This document shows positions 43,883-57,205 of a DNA stretch of 64,000 nucleotides, piece by piece (the first letter of the stretch is position 1; each line of letters opens with the position of its first letter). The DNA is taken from NCBI GenBank assembly GCA_052426225.1, contig JBNJNM010000012.1:744001-808000 (forward strand), in the 5' to 3' direction. Made by a program: the position numbers and the translations under genes. This DNA comes from Zancudomyces culisetae HAW-14-8. Taxonomy: Eukaryota > Fungi > Kickxellomycota. The notes under the pieces are model-generated. The model saw only the letters and a program-made list of their open reading frames with translations, had not been told where the DNA came from and did no database searches.

Positions 43883-44621
43883 CCAACCTGTGTGTTACTA
43901 TTTTCTCTTTGTTTTCTTTTTTTTTTCCCTCTCTTTTCATGTTCGTGCTTTTTGCGTATTGTTAGTCCCATTCATTTCCCTTGACCTGGGCTTTACACAT
44001 TGCTTTTGCATAAATAAATTGTTTAGATTTAGGCTAGGTACACAATGGTCAAGACCTATTCAATAGGAAATCATGGGCTACCCACTCCAATTGTTTACAA
44101 CACATAACCCATAAGCAGGTTCTCATCAATTGGCCATCTTTTCTGGCTTATTTGATACAGTAGGAAAAAGTGCCTAATTGTTCGGTTACCCATCGAATGA
44201 AATTTAGGTAAATTCCAATTGGCCTAATAACGTGTGCACTTACAAGAGGCAAATAAAGATGGCTTGCCAAATATATTTTTGTCAATACTTTGGGTGCTCT
44301 AAAAGTTGATTTTCCAGCTTAATTATAGCAACGAAAAACATCTTTCAAGAAGCTAACAGGTGCTGAACCTACTTGTACCTCAATTTAGATCCATAAAGAG
44401 AAGGAAATTTTCCATGTATAGACTACCTAAATAATTGAGCAACAGTATTTGCTACACGATAAACTGGGCTTTGAGAGATTGAAAATATCACTGACCATGG
44501 TTCACTTTGCCTGTTAAATCCACAGTATATATATTTTTTGGGACAGATATTCTATTATACTATTCCACGATACAAGGTTGTTATTTTCTCAGGACCTAGC
44601 GATTAACTTTTATAATAAGAG

Positions 44622-46822
44622 ATGAATGCAAAAATACTTCCAATATTTTACTACAATCGAAAGCAGGATCGAAATGTATATCAATTAGGCGGTAACCATC
44701 CATTATTAAAACAATTTTTTGTAAATATTTTGTATATTTAAATATCCAATTCACACTTTGCTGTAAATATACCTATGCAAACATAGCCAGAGCCCGTAGA
44801 TTCAGGAGCAGGCGATTCTTACGGAGGGCATTACTCTCAGCAATCTCATTCTTTACAATATTTGTGATATACACCTTAATTCATTATAGGTATTTCAATA
44901 AAGTGGGCAGCGATGTTGAATTTAACTCGAAAGAATGGTGGAAAATACCGGAAGAATATGATGGAAACGGAGAAGCCGAAGCGAAGATAGAATCCGAGAT
45001 AGCTACAAACACTCGATATGGAATAGTTATTGATTCAGGAAGTTCGCAGTCGAGATTGATGGTTTTTTCATGGGAAGACATCCCACAGGTCATCAAAAAA
45101 AGCAAACCCGGGGATAAACTTGATAGATTTCCAGAACTGAGATTTGGTGTTGATGGCATCAACAATTCGGGTTCGTATAAAATATCGCCGGGAATTAGCA
45201 CATTTGCATCAGCAGATACGAACTTAGAAGAACATCTAGGGCCTATGCTGGAGTTTGCAAGTAATGTAATACCAAAAGGTAAACACCGACAGACTCCGTT
45301 GTTTTTATTTGCAACAGCAGGCGTCCGGTTATTGGAGCAAAAATCACAAGGTGTGCTTATGAAGAAAGCCTGTAAATATTTTAAAGAAAACTCCAAGTTT
45401 TATATTGCGGATTGCCAACAGCATTTTAGAGTCATATCTGGGGAAGAAGAAGGAGTATATGCATGGGTCACAGTAAACTATTTGAAGGGAGCCTTAGCCT
45501 CTTCCTTGAAGGCTGAGAAACCTCAAAGCGAAATCAGTAAGATTCAAGAAAAGCAAGAAAACCCAGAGAAATACAATGAACAAGACTCGGATTCTGGAGA
45601 CGAATACAAATTTGATATGGACAACAAGACATTTGGTGTGCTTGACATGGGTGGGGCTTCGACACAGATAGTATTTCGACCGAACACCAACGTATCTGAC
45701 CACGGCTTGGCACATATGTCCTGGCTTACTTTTAGACAGTTGAATGGAAATGATTTTACATATCCGCTCTTTGGTACGACGTTTTTAGGCTATGGTTCAA
45801 ATGAAGCGTATCGTAAACATACACTCAGATTACTCGAGCGCGCCAAGATGACGAGTAAGGATGTGGGGCTTGTAGAGGATCCATGCTTACCTGTAGGGTT
45901 TTCTGTAAACGATGAGAAAGACCCAGCAAAATTCAATGGAGGTGGTAGCTTGGAAAAATGCGTGAAACTTTCCACTGAGATCATCAACAGGGATTCTGAA
46001 TGCAAATCGAATTTCTGTATATTTGACGGACTTTACTTTCCTATTTCAAATTTTAGGGATATGCAATTTTTTGGAATAAGTGACTACTGGTACGCGTCGA
46101 ACGACATCTTAAAACTGGGCGAGCAGTGGGATATGCGTTTATTTGTCGAAAAAGCCAAAGAGTTTTGCGCTTTGTCTTGGGAAATGCAAAAGGAAAAATA
46201 TTTGAACCCTCCAATAGTCACTGAAGACAAATTACGTACCCAGTGTTTTAAAGCCGCTTGGCTAATTTCCATATTGAGTAAAGGTTACGGGATGCAGCCT
46301 GGCGATTTCTCAACCGATGATATGATGACTTCGCTAACTCACGACCCGCTTAAACACGCAACTTTGTATGTCGCAAACGACATTGGAATGAAGGAGGTCT
46401 CGTGGACTATAGGTGTCATGCTCATGAAATTGCTGGAGTCTATCCCCCCATCTCCCAGATCTCTATCTAGAGGATCTAAGCCAAAATTAGTACTCCCTTC
46501 ATCAATTACCTCCTCTCTTCAAAACACCACGCTCCAAACCGCTGGCGCTGTGTATCCCGGGGAACACACATTGATTGCCAAGTCCACTTCATCAACCAGA
46601 TCATATCCATTCAACATCCACATTTCGCCGTATTATATTCTTGTTTTTGGCGCTTCAGTAATAGTTGTACTATTACTAGCTTCAAAACTGGACCGTACAA
46701 CATATACAAAGATACGAAAGTATGTAAACAGCGTGTTAAGAGTTCCACGCAAATATCTGCCTTTTTACAGGGCACAACCCCAGATCAATTTACCATTGCC
46801 TTTGTTTAATAAAACCAATTAG
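44622..46822 (+). CDS. GDA1/CD39 family apyrase (Ynd1-like NTPDase)
   Basis: Apyrase conserved regions IDSGSS, ATAGVR, ISGEEEG, DMGGASTQ, SWTIG. In-frame start via ATG 44622 and a GT-AG intron at 44692-44786 (inferred). N- and C-terminal hydrophobic segments. Confidence 0.88.
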
Positions 46823-47318
46823 AGTTTACTGGTTATATTTTATCTCCCCTGCACCTATTTCCGCGCGTGCTATTTTGGATATTATTTCTCTTACTATTTG
46901 TGCACTTGCGTAATTGACTCAATAATGAACATAGATAATTCGCTTGGGTAAAGCGCGCAAACACCTCAGTGTTAAAAGTTTTGTATTTCGTATATACCAA
47001 CCAACCCGATAGCTTGGCCATATATATTATTTTATTTTTGTGGTATTAATACTTGGCAAGTAAACACATTCGTACAAATTATCAATAATTACATTACAAC
47101 TCTTTAAATAAATAGAACGTTTTAACTAATGCGCTTTCCCGTCAGAAATTGAAGTCAGGTTCATATTTTATCTGTTATTCTATACCTACCCCCCAACAAA
47201 AATCGAATCGCCATTTCTTTTCTTTTCACTCCCCGGCACTACTTTGACATCTTCTTACATCTTCCTTCCCTCTACCATTACATGTTTACCCAGACTCACC
47301 GTCTATTTATTATTTTGG

Positions 47319-47945
47319 CTACACCAAATTGGCTACAGACATTAAGATTAGAGATGCAATAGTCACTCCCCACAACTTTGGGGAGATGACATTTCCATGG
47401 GAGCCAATGTTATTTCCACTTCCGATGTTTTTTCCTGCTAATGTGTTTGTAGTACCTGAAGGTGTATCTGCTGCCACTGCAGTCTGATAATCATCAATGT
47501 TGTTATATAGTTTTACTACATAGTTGCTGGCTGTGACAACAACGTTGCTTTGACTGCTACCATCACCGATTCTTGCTCCAGAATTATATATGCTTGGTGT
47601 TACCACTTGCATGGCTGAATTTCCGCCCGATCCTTGTGCAGCATTTGCACCATTTTGTGTACCGTCGAGCGATTTCTTGCAGGCCAGTAGTCGTTTTAAT
47701 TCGGTATCCTTAAATTGTGATACTCTAGCCTGATCTTCGGGGCAGAAATTGTAACATGCACCAAGTTGGCTATACCAGTAGCACTGACATGAATAATCAT
47801 CGTATTTGCATCTAGTACTCATCATCAGTTGTTGTCTGTTGATACACTCTATAAAGACTGTTTCTGCCGCACATGCAGCTCTGCACATGTCTAATGACAC
47901 GAGCAAGCACACCAAGGTTACTGCGAATGTTATACACTTGACCAT
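47319..47945 (-). CDS. Secreted 8-Cys (CFEM-like), probably GPI-anchored protein
   Basis: Signal peptide, 8-Cys domain with DYxCxC, G/S/N-rich linker, hydrophobic C-terminus. Confidence 0.8.
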   Translation of the reverse strand: MVKCITFAVTLVCLLVSLDMCRAACAAETVFIECINRQQLMMSTRCKYDDYSCQCYWYSQLGACYNFCPEDQARVSQFKDTELKRLLACKKSLDGTQNGANAAQGSGGNSAMQVVTPSIYNSGARIGDGSSQSNVVVTASNYVVKLYNNIDDYQTAVAADTPSGTTNTLAGKNIGSGNNIGSHGNVISPKLWGVTIASLILMSVANLV

Positions 47946-49594
47946 CTTATTTTTTGTCTGCTTGTGTTTTTTCTTTTGATATTTTGCTTTTCTGCCTTTC
48001 TGCTTTTCCGCTTTTTGGATTTCCGTTTTTTTCTGGTTGTTAAAGTACTTATTCGTATGTTCCGTGTTCTAAAATACTTGGGTATGTGTATCTCAGACGA
48101 CTACAAACAGTATTTATTTAATATGCAATGGTTTTGTTTTCTTGTGGATTTTGGCTTATTACTGATGTATTGAGTTTAAAATGTATTTATCCAAAAGGTA
48201 TTTCTATATATTCTCCCTTTTTTTATTCAATCGTATGAAATGTTCCGATATTAATTACTATTCTACAAGCCAAATCGGAAACATGTCTTGATTGTGGAGT
48301 GCTTATATTTCGAGCAATTACTCTTGGCTAGTAAATTCCATCCCTTTAGTATTTTTCTGAAACATTCAATAAACTATTGGGCCAAGGCATTTAAAGTCAA
48401 AGTATATCCTCGTTCACCCAGACACAACCAGAGCCTCACCAGTTGCACATATAATCAGTGCCAGCCTAAGCAATTCACACTTGAACTACCAAGCGGTTTT
48501 CATTATGAAAACGAATTGCGAAAAAAACAAGGAAATTGTCTTTGATAATAGATTTTGATTTGCATGCTTAAATTTCTACTACCAAGTGCTCCATTTAGCA
48601 GGTTCAGAGCAAGACAACTTTGTTATTAAGTTCCCAACATGGTGATTGTTATGTTCAAATTTCCATTAAAAATGCAATTGCTTTTTTGAATTTTCGTGGG
48701 TTTGAATTTCATTGTGCGTTATTTTCATCAATGGGTAATATATTGTCTATATTTCATTACTAAGTAGTTCATGTAAATATTAAATTCTAAACAATCAAGC
48801 AAATAGCTATAACCCATTGTTAAACGAATTTACTCAAAAAATGCGATAAATTTTAATTTTTTATCATTGCAGTTACAACGAGTACATATATCAGGCGGTT
48901 AGTTGTTCATTGTTCATTGTTCATAAACATTTTATGAAAACGAAGCTCGTTGAATGTGTGATTTTGACTTTACTATGGCGTACTCAGGAAAACGAGTGTG
49001 TAATATACAAAGTAACATCTAAAGTAGTTGAGCTGTGTTTTCTTCGTTTTTGTGCTGGCATTTTTTTTTGCTGGTATGTTTTACAATCGACAAGCTTTTT
49101 TATAGTGAATTGAAACAGGTATAGTGGCATGGTTACACTTCGGGTTAGTCCCACCTTAATACTTTTATTTTTTGCTCAGAACCAGCACAATTATCTTGTT
49201 AGAGACAGTTATTGGCAGGTTAGTAACATAGATTATCCCTGGAATTTCGATCAAGATATACATCATACTTTAAAGCAATTGGTACAGCTTTGAATTATTC
49301 ATATTCAAGTCATTAGTGTCTGCACACTGTGGTCATTAAAAACACACTTTCATATCTCTGTATTATGGCACACCAACTTTCTAAAAAAATTTGAGTATCT
49401 TGTGGTGTTTCTTTGCAAGATTTTTTTTTATTGATGCTAATAACGGAGTTTTAACCAAGTAAATAATGTAGCACAATGAAAAAAAAGCAAAAGGGAATGT
49501 GTTGCGTTGGAAAGGCGTAAAAGGACTATTAAAATAACTTATATTATCAAATACCATACTTTTGTGATAGGTTTAGTGTCATCACGTATCAAGC

Positions 49595-50101
49595 TTAAAA
49601 GAGGGTCTGAATCAACAAATATGCTACAACGGATCCAGCAAACAAACTGCCCTTGTTGATACCTGCGCTATTTTCAACTGGGTATCCAGCCTTGTTGGCT
49701 GCTTTACCATCGCGGGAGCTGGCGTTTTCAGTTTCTCTGGCGAGTTTTGAGTATGTGTTGGTTTCTGATGCACTTGAGGTGCTGCTGCTAGAGGTAGTGC
49801 TAGAGGTCTTCTTGTATTTAAGTGCATTTGCACAGTCGTTCTTTGCGGCTTCAAAGGCAGCTTTTCTTTCGTCAGCCTTGTCTGGATCATCGACACACTG
49901 GTTGTAGCAGCTGGCCAGCTCGTTTGACCAGAGACAAATACAGTCATAATCTAGTGCTGAGGAGCATTCGGTTGATTTTTTCAAACTGTTGTGCTGCAAG
50001 CAATCCTGGAACTGCAGCTCGGCATCGCAGTCGGCTCTGACCTTAAATAGAACAGCGGTATATAATACCAAGGCGAAAAGGATACTCGTGACTTTTAACA
50101 T
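49595..50101 (-). CDS. Secreted 8-Cys (CFEM-like), probably GPI-anchored protein, paralog of 47319-47945
   Basis: Same Cys pattern, S/T-rich stalk, NSAG omega-site-like motif, hydrophobic tail. Confidence 0.82.
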   Translation of the reverse strand: MLKVTSILFALVLYTAVLFKVRADCDAELQFQDCLQHNSLKKSTECSSALDYDCICLWSNELASCYNQCVDDPDKADERKAAFEAAKNDCANALKYKKTSSTTSSSSTSSASETNTYSKLARETENASSRDGKAANKAGYPVENSAGINKGSLFAGSVVAYLLIQTLF

Positions 50102-52078
50102 TTTATTTTTATTTTTAATTCTACCTACTTTTTAGCAATTAAGGAATAACTACAATTGTTGACGCTTTTGGTATTTCGATAGTAAAAATCCTTTAGTATT
50201 TATGTCCAAAGATTTGCTTTCTTTACAGTTTTTGTGTTGAAATAAGTTATTGTTGGTTTTATACCTAAAACGAAGAAATGTTTTAACCCGAGGCTGAACC
50301 TTGTCTAATGGTACAATGACTATAAAATGCTACTTGTAGGTTACAGGGTATCGTTTCTACTTTTGTTTGATGATTGTACTGCCAATGTATTGAAAAAAAT
50401 GCATATATGACTTTTGTTTTTTGTTGAATGTAGATATTAGTTGGCAGTTAACGGAAAATAGAGGATAAATAATAGAAAAACGTTTTTGGGGGGGGGATAC
50501 AAAGAATTTTATTTTACACAATATAATGGAAATAACAACACAAACGGTACTACTTGCATATTTACTTGAGGAGAAGGCGGAGTTTAAAGTGATATTGCAA
50601 CAAAATATAAACGCAATACCAAATAATAAGGGAGAGGGTGAGAGGGTGCATGCATTCCGTGTCTGATGCAAGTCGAAATTCTATTTACTAAATTCAATAT
50701 ATCAGCACTAGCAAATACCATCAAAAATCGGCATTTTTTTGTTACTTATAATTTGTGTTTCCATTATATGGTTTATCTGCTATTGTGGATTACTCCACGC
50801 TAGTTAACTTGTTTCGACAAAGTAAGTTCATTGTTTAAACCAAAATGTGCTCATTACCATAACACCCCCCCTCGCCCTCCTTTCCTCTCCACTCGAATAA
50901 GATAATCAGGTGTTAGGTATTAAATGATTGGTATGATTCAGAAATGATACTAAATTCCAAATATGAATGGACCATTCATGGAGCATTTTTATCTAGTGAT
51001 ATAATGTATTGATTCCAATTTGTATGAAATGGGAGATGTTGTGTATATACTCATGGCACTGGAATAAAAACGGTAATGACACGAGTATTCGAATTTAGCT
51101 ACTTAGTGATACTAATATTACTAGCCACAAGCTTTTGCGGGACAACGGGCGTGGAAAGCCAACAGAAAATTTTTACTAAAATCGTGATTCAAACACAGAT
51201 ATGCTTTATTTTTTCATGAATTCTGGGGGAGAGGTTGGGCTGTTTAGTTTAGCAAGGACACCCGAAAAACATTGTTTTAATTCAAATAATCAAGATGGCC
51301 AAAGTAAGGGGCACAGAAGGGTGTAAATGATATAGTCAGGGTCAAACGAGCTTGAGTCTAAAAACGGTGACTAAATTTATATAAGTGAGATGCATTCCAT
51401 TTTGATAAAAGTATAAATACTTATACCCAAGCAAAGCAAATGTATCAATGATAATGAAATGTCAAAGCTTAAAAGGACTATATTATCATAATATTTATTG
51501 AGTCAACATCTCCACATTCATCAGACTAGCTAATGGACAGTGTGATTTTGCTTCAATGCTGGTGGTTTTAATTTATTCAAGATATATTATATTGACAAGA
51601 TCTAAACAAATTGATGGTCCATGCTGAATATAAATGAAAGCAGGAGAAAACGTATATTTGTTGATTTAGCGCTGGTATTATAAGCTAGAAAAAAATGAGG
51701 ACATTTAATGCCAAGCTTTCCTATTGATAGATTTGATTTAGTCACAAAAACCATCACAAATGAATAATAATAGGTTGAAGCCTAGGTAATTTGATTACCG
51801 GTTTTTTTCTTACCACTATTTTTTAATTCACTTACAAATAACTGGAAAATGGCAGTTGATTAAGAGAATCAGGTTGGTTTCCCATAGTTGGAAATAAAAA
51901 ATAAAACCTCGGGAATAATCCTTATACACAAGATAATAGTTGATTTGGCTATTGTGTTTAATTCTATAAATAACCCTAAGGTTTCTCTCAATCTCAGCAC
52001 CAGAGTCAAGTACTGAAGGATGTGCGTGTAAATGTAAAACTAAATGAACATAAATGTAAAAGGGAAAAAGACAACTAG

Positions 52079-53446
52079 ATGGATATAATTGCAAAGAGGC
52101 TACTACTACTAACGGTACTAGCAGCGATATTGAGTATTGTGCAAGTATACTGTGATACCAAGAATGAATGTGATATAGATAAAAAAGCTAGATTTGGCAA
52201 CGCTATGCAAGGGGTGCTAGACGGGGTCGAAAATAGATGCCAAATGTTTAGCGGCGGGGCTGGTGAAAATGGTTGCTTGGTAGAGACAATTAGAAAGGAA
52301 AAAAGCAAAGATGTGATGCAAGTAAAAACACAAGAACGCGATCAAAACCAACAGTTAGTTGCGGCTGGATATACAAAGACGATTTTTATCACGCTTCCTG
52401 GAACCAAAGTAGAAACGACAACAAAAGTAGAGATAAGAACAAAGACAAAAATAAGAAGGAGGATAAGAACGATTGTTATTGAAAAAGAAGACGATGACTG
52501 GGGTAATATATATGAGCAGCAGAAGCAACAACAACAAAAACAAAAACAACGACGGCTGCAACCCAACCGGCAGCAAAGACGGATTTATAGAGAGATAGTA
52601 AAAGGAGAGGAGGAGGAGGAGGGGGAAGAAGAAGAGGAATATGAAGAAGTAGAAGACGAGAGAGAGCGAGACGAGAATCAAAAATATGAAAACAATGCTG
52701 AAAACGCCAGATTTAAAAACAGATTCAATTCTGAGTATCATAAAGTACAACAGCTAATCGAAAATGTATCAATAAGCAAAAAAAAAGCAAAAGACAACAA
52801 TTACAAAGCAGGTATTGAAAGTACAAATAGACACAAAGTTGCAAAAACAAGAGATGTTCCAGATATCACCTACCCCGATAAAACGGAAACAACGGCGGTG
52901 AAGAGAGTGTACACCAGAATCTATAAGATATTAGTGCGCAACAATCCTGTGACGCAAATAACACTTAGGCTTGTTACATTGGTGATGTCGATTTTTTGGA
53001 GTTGTTTTGCTATATGTAGAGTGATTTTGTGGAAGCCTATCGAGCTGGTATACAAATACATGCTGAAGGCAGTCATAACATGGATATATAGATCTATTGG
53101 GCAGTATTTGCCGGTGTTGATTTTTATCTGCTGTGGCGTACTGGCAGGGCTGTGGACAGGGAGTGTAACAGCGTGGATGTTTACAGGGTTGGTTACGTAT
53201 TTTACAAAGGGAGCGAGCAACGATCGGAGTAGAAGTATTAGTAGCGAAACGGAGATAGAAATAGAAATAGAAAATGAAAATGATGGCGAGATAGAGAGAG
53301 AAAGTGGGAGTGAAACAGGGAGTGAGAGTGGGAGTGGTAGCGAGAGCGAGTGTGAGACGATGTGGAACTATAAGATCCATGAAGGTGTAAACGAACATCA
53401 CAAAAGGGGCCACAAAAGAGAAAGTATAAAGTTGATCAGACTCTAA
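52079..53446 (+). CDS. Hypothetical membrane protein (signal peptide, Q/E-rich region, C-terminal TM segments)
   Basis: 455-aa ORF with coding-like purine bias; no family recognised. Confidence 0.7.
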   Translation: MDIIAKRLLLLTVLAAILSIVQVYCDTKNECDIDKKARFGNAMQGVLDGVENRCQMFSGGAGENGCLVETIRKEKSKDVMQVKTQERDQNQQLVAAGYTKTIFITLPGTKVETTTKVEIRTKTKIRRRIRTIVIEKEDDDWGNIYEQQKQQQQKQKQRRLQPNRQQRRIYREIVKGEEEEEGEEEEEYEEVEDERERDENQKYENNAENARFKNRFNSEYHKVQQLIENVSISKKKAKDNNYKAGIESTNRHKVAKTRDVPDITYPDKTETTAVKRVYTRIYKILVRNNPVTQITLRLVTLVMSIFWSCFAICRVILWKPIELVYKYMLKAVITWIYRSIGQYLPVLIFICCGVLAGLWTGSVTAWMFTGLVTYFTKGASNDRSRSISSETEIEIEIENENDGEIERESGSETGSESGSGSESECETMWNYKIHEGVNEHHKRGHKRESIKLIRL

Positions 53447-53681
53447 ACCAAATATTTTTATAGATTAATAAAACTCTTTTTTTTTTATACAAGTAGCATT
53501 ATTGTGTAGAACTTTTCTTGATTCTAGATAAATTATGTAGAAATTATATATTTCATCAAAGAAAATGCGATATATAAAATAATATTAAAATACAACCTAG
53601 CCAAAGAATTAAAGGAGATACATAGTTAATTATGGCAATATCCACCCACCGAGTTGATCACTTTTCCAACGGTAGACGCAA

Positions 53682-56600
53682 TCAATTCTGCCGATTTAAA
53701 AGTGTGGAACCAGCATCGCCGATATAACAGTTCAAATTAACCAACCCAGGAACACGTCTTCCTTTCCATGTTTCCAGAGCTGAAATAGACGAAGTTATTA
53801 GCCTGGGCGGTGCAACGATTTTTTCCTTGGACGCAGCAGCGTTTTGTCGCATAGCCATCTTGAGTTCTGCAGCTCTGGAATTCAAAAACTTTAGGTGAGG
53901 AGGTTCGTGTGGTATTCTATCATCTCTGACAGGTGAATCTACGAATTTAAAAGCAACGGGTGAATATAAACAACAATAGCAACAGCAAAGGGAAATGAAC
54001 GTTAATAAAAAACTGTTAAAGTAACAACAAAAGTTAACATACCTGGGTCTGTTGAATAATAAATGTCGTGTATTTCCCGAGGAAGAGGCTGAAGCCAGAC
54101 TGGAATCTTTTTGGTCTTGTCAAGCGAGTAAGAGCTTCCTCCATAGCCATATGGATTGCCATGAGAATAAGAATGACTTTGGCTACCATACGTAGGGTAA
54201 TAGCCACTGTAGCTGTTTGTACCAAGAAAGTAGTCGAGACTGGGAGGCAAAATACAAGAATTCTGTTTCTCAGTAAAGTTATTTGCATTAGTGATATCAC
54301 CATTAGCACTTGTGCTGTTCCCAAGATTGCTATTGTTGTTGCTATTCTCACTGCTATGGTTGGTGGTGGTATCTATCGAGAAATTTGACAAGTCTTTAAA
54401 AACTTGCAACAGTTTTTTCGATCTTTGCTTCGATGATGCAAGGGGGTCGCTGCGTTGAGTCACAAAGGTATAGGCATCATCTATATCTCTGTATATTTTA
54501 TTCGTTGAAAGTTGTATAGCATTAGAATCACCACCAACACCACTACCACTGCCACTATCAAAGGAATCACTGTCATGAGTAACTCTGAGGTCGCTATGAG
54601 GACTGCTAGCGGTCATGGTCGTGCTGGAAATATTGTTTTTTACTGGAGCGTTGAGCATAAGGGCAGAACTTATAGTTTCGACCTGATGAAGCGAACGAAT
54701 GCAGGTGTATTTCATGGCCATTTCCAGGTTGTGCTCCTGCTCGGCTTCCAACATCCCTAGTTCTCTCTCACGCTGGTATTGTCTCTGAACGCTGCTTGTG
54801 AGGTAGTCTAGATCTTGCTGCCATCTCGATGAGGTGCTTAGACTAGCAGATCGTAGAACGGGTGATAGTTGTTCCTGTTGGATATGATGATGATGTTGTT
54901 GTTGTTGTAGTTGCTGTTGTATTTTTGCATCTGTTGTTGTTGAAGCTCTTGGTAAAAATCTTTTTGGTTTTTTATAACTAGCATTGCTAGAATTGCCGGA
55001 TTTACCCACCGAATCGTGTTGAGAATGCTGAGTAGGAATCAAATTTCCAAACTTCGATGTGGCTCGTTCAAGGTGTGGACGTTGTAATCTTCCAGAATCA
55101 CCAACTGCCCCTGCTTCCGCTACAATTGATGGCGAGGTGTGTGAATACGCTGAAGACCGACCGGAGAGGGGTGAGCGAGTTGCAGTGGTATTTGTGGTAC
55201 TGTTGGTAGATATTTTGCTGATCGAATGCAGTAGTCGTTTAGTGTTATAGTAAGATGTAGTTTTTGAGTTTGACAGCTTTCTAGTACCAGCGAGGTTATT
55301 GCTGTTATCAGAGTTTGTGGTGGAATTTTTAATAGTGTTAGGATCATTAATAGAATTTGATGGGGCAGATACCGAAACAGCTGTAGTCGTGGTAGTAGTA
55401 GTAGGAATAGCGGTGGCAATTGTAGCGGTAGTAATAGAGGTAATGGAAGCTCTGCTACTACTGTTTTTGTTGGTTTTATGGAGTGTCTTTAGGAGATTCG
55501 TGCCGGAGCTGGTATTTTTAAGATTGAGAGCAGAATTAGTAATTTCGGCAGTTTTGGCCCTCTCAAGAGAAGTCTTTTTCTCCAAGGTGTTGTTGGTGGT
55601 ATCGAATTGATTGGACTTTTGTTGAGCTTTGTTATCTAGTTCAGATATACCATGAATGCTTCTATTTTTGGAGGTGGTTGAGCCAGAGTCGTGTAAATCC
55701 TCTCCTTCTCTACTCAAAGCATTGGAATGGACACTTGATTTAAGCTCGGAATCTAGATTTGGGTTTGGGTTTGGGTTTGGGCTTGAGTTTGGTTTTGAAC
55801 CAGGGCCAGAAGCAGAAACGGGGGTTGAGTTTTGATTGGAATTAGGCATGAGATTTGGGGAGGGTGTGGAGGAGCCTGAAGAAAATGAAGAAGAGGATAC
55901 TGTAAAGAGTTTTTTGCCTCTATCATTTTCATTTTCATTTTCATTTTGATTATCATTTCTGTTCTCAAGTTGAGTTTGATTCAAATGAACGATTGTTTCC
56001 TCAACTGGATCTATATTCACACCTACATTTGGATCAGTATCAGCATCAATATCAGCATTGGTATCCAAATGTCCATTAAGGCTTTCGTTCAATTTCTTGG
56101 CAGTTTCATTATATGAAGAAATGTCAGAAGCTACTGCAGTGTCGAGATTCTGGGAGTTATTAGCGGCCATTGTGTTGAGATTGCCAAACGAAGTGGTTTT
56201 TGAAAATTTGGCATTTGTAAGATGTGGATTCGAAGAAGTATTTTGGTTTGTCAGATTTGTGTTCTCGTGTCCGTGTCCATGTCCATACTTTTTATTGTAT
56301 TCGTTTTTGTTTTCATTTTCACTTGTGCTTTTACTATCATTATCATTATCAATATTATTATTATTATTATCACTGTCACTATCACTTTCGCTTTCACTAT
56401 CACTATCACTTTCACTAGACGAAAGACCGACGCTAAATTTCGTTTTTTCGTGGCCGACCCCGTTAATTTCTTTCTCTTCTTTCTCTTCTAGTTGCAGTTG
56501 TTGTTGTTGTTGCTGTTGTAGGGCGTGTTTGGAGTTTTCTTGTGGGGGTGGTTGTGGGTATTGTTGATAAGAGGATGAGGAAGCAACAAAATTTGAATCG

Positions 56601-56737
56601 GACCTCGAATTTGAACCTGAATCCGAGTTCAAGTCGGAGTCCGAATCCGAATCCGAATTCGAATTCGAGGCTGGGATCGTGTCAAGTGGGTTCGGGTTAA
56701 TTCCTAGCAGGCTATTGAAATTTTTGCTTTTTTTCAT
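53682..56737 (-). CDS. Hypothetical low-complexity S/N/Q-rich protein, 2 exons
   Basis: 911-aa open frame. A GTATGT donor near 54041 and a TAG acceptor near 53939 splice it in frame to the 53682-53885 ORF. Confidence 0.72.
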
Positions 56738-57205
56738 TTTTGAATTATGTATATTTTTATACGTATTTTTCTATTCCAAGTATATATAGTTACGGGTTAA
56801 CCAAGAAGAAAGCTATAAATAAATTTCATTTCTACTACTTTGTACAAGAAACAGTAGAAATATATAACGAGAATATATTTTGATAGAATTTGCCAAATTT
56901 GGATTATATCTTTATACGTGATATACGCATAATAGTTTTGGGTTATTCATTGGGAAAATAAAAATAAATGTAAGTAATGTTTTGATGGTGAATTAGGTAA
57001 TAATCGTGGATTGGGAAGTTTAGGGGGAGGAGGATGAGGAGGGGTGGATAATATTCAAAGAATTATTATTGGCATAAAATTAGGTTTTTAACTCAAATTC
57101 AAAATCACGAGAGAAGCTTAGAATAGGTAAAATGAATAAATGCACGAAAACGAGCAGCTAAAGAAAAAAAGAAAACACTCATCCTCCAAAAACCATGTTC
57201 CCTGC

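Noticed and set aside
55758-55782. (GGGTTT)n telomere-like run
   Set aside because: Encodes a Pro-Asn repeat within the minus-strand CDS.
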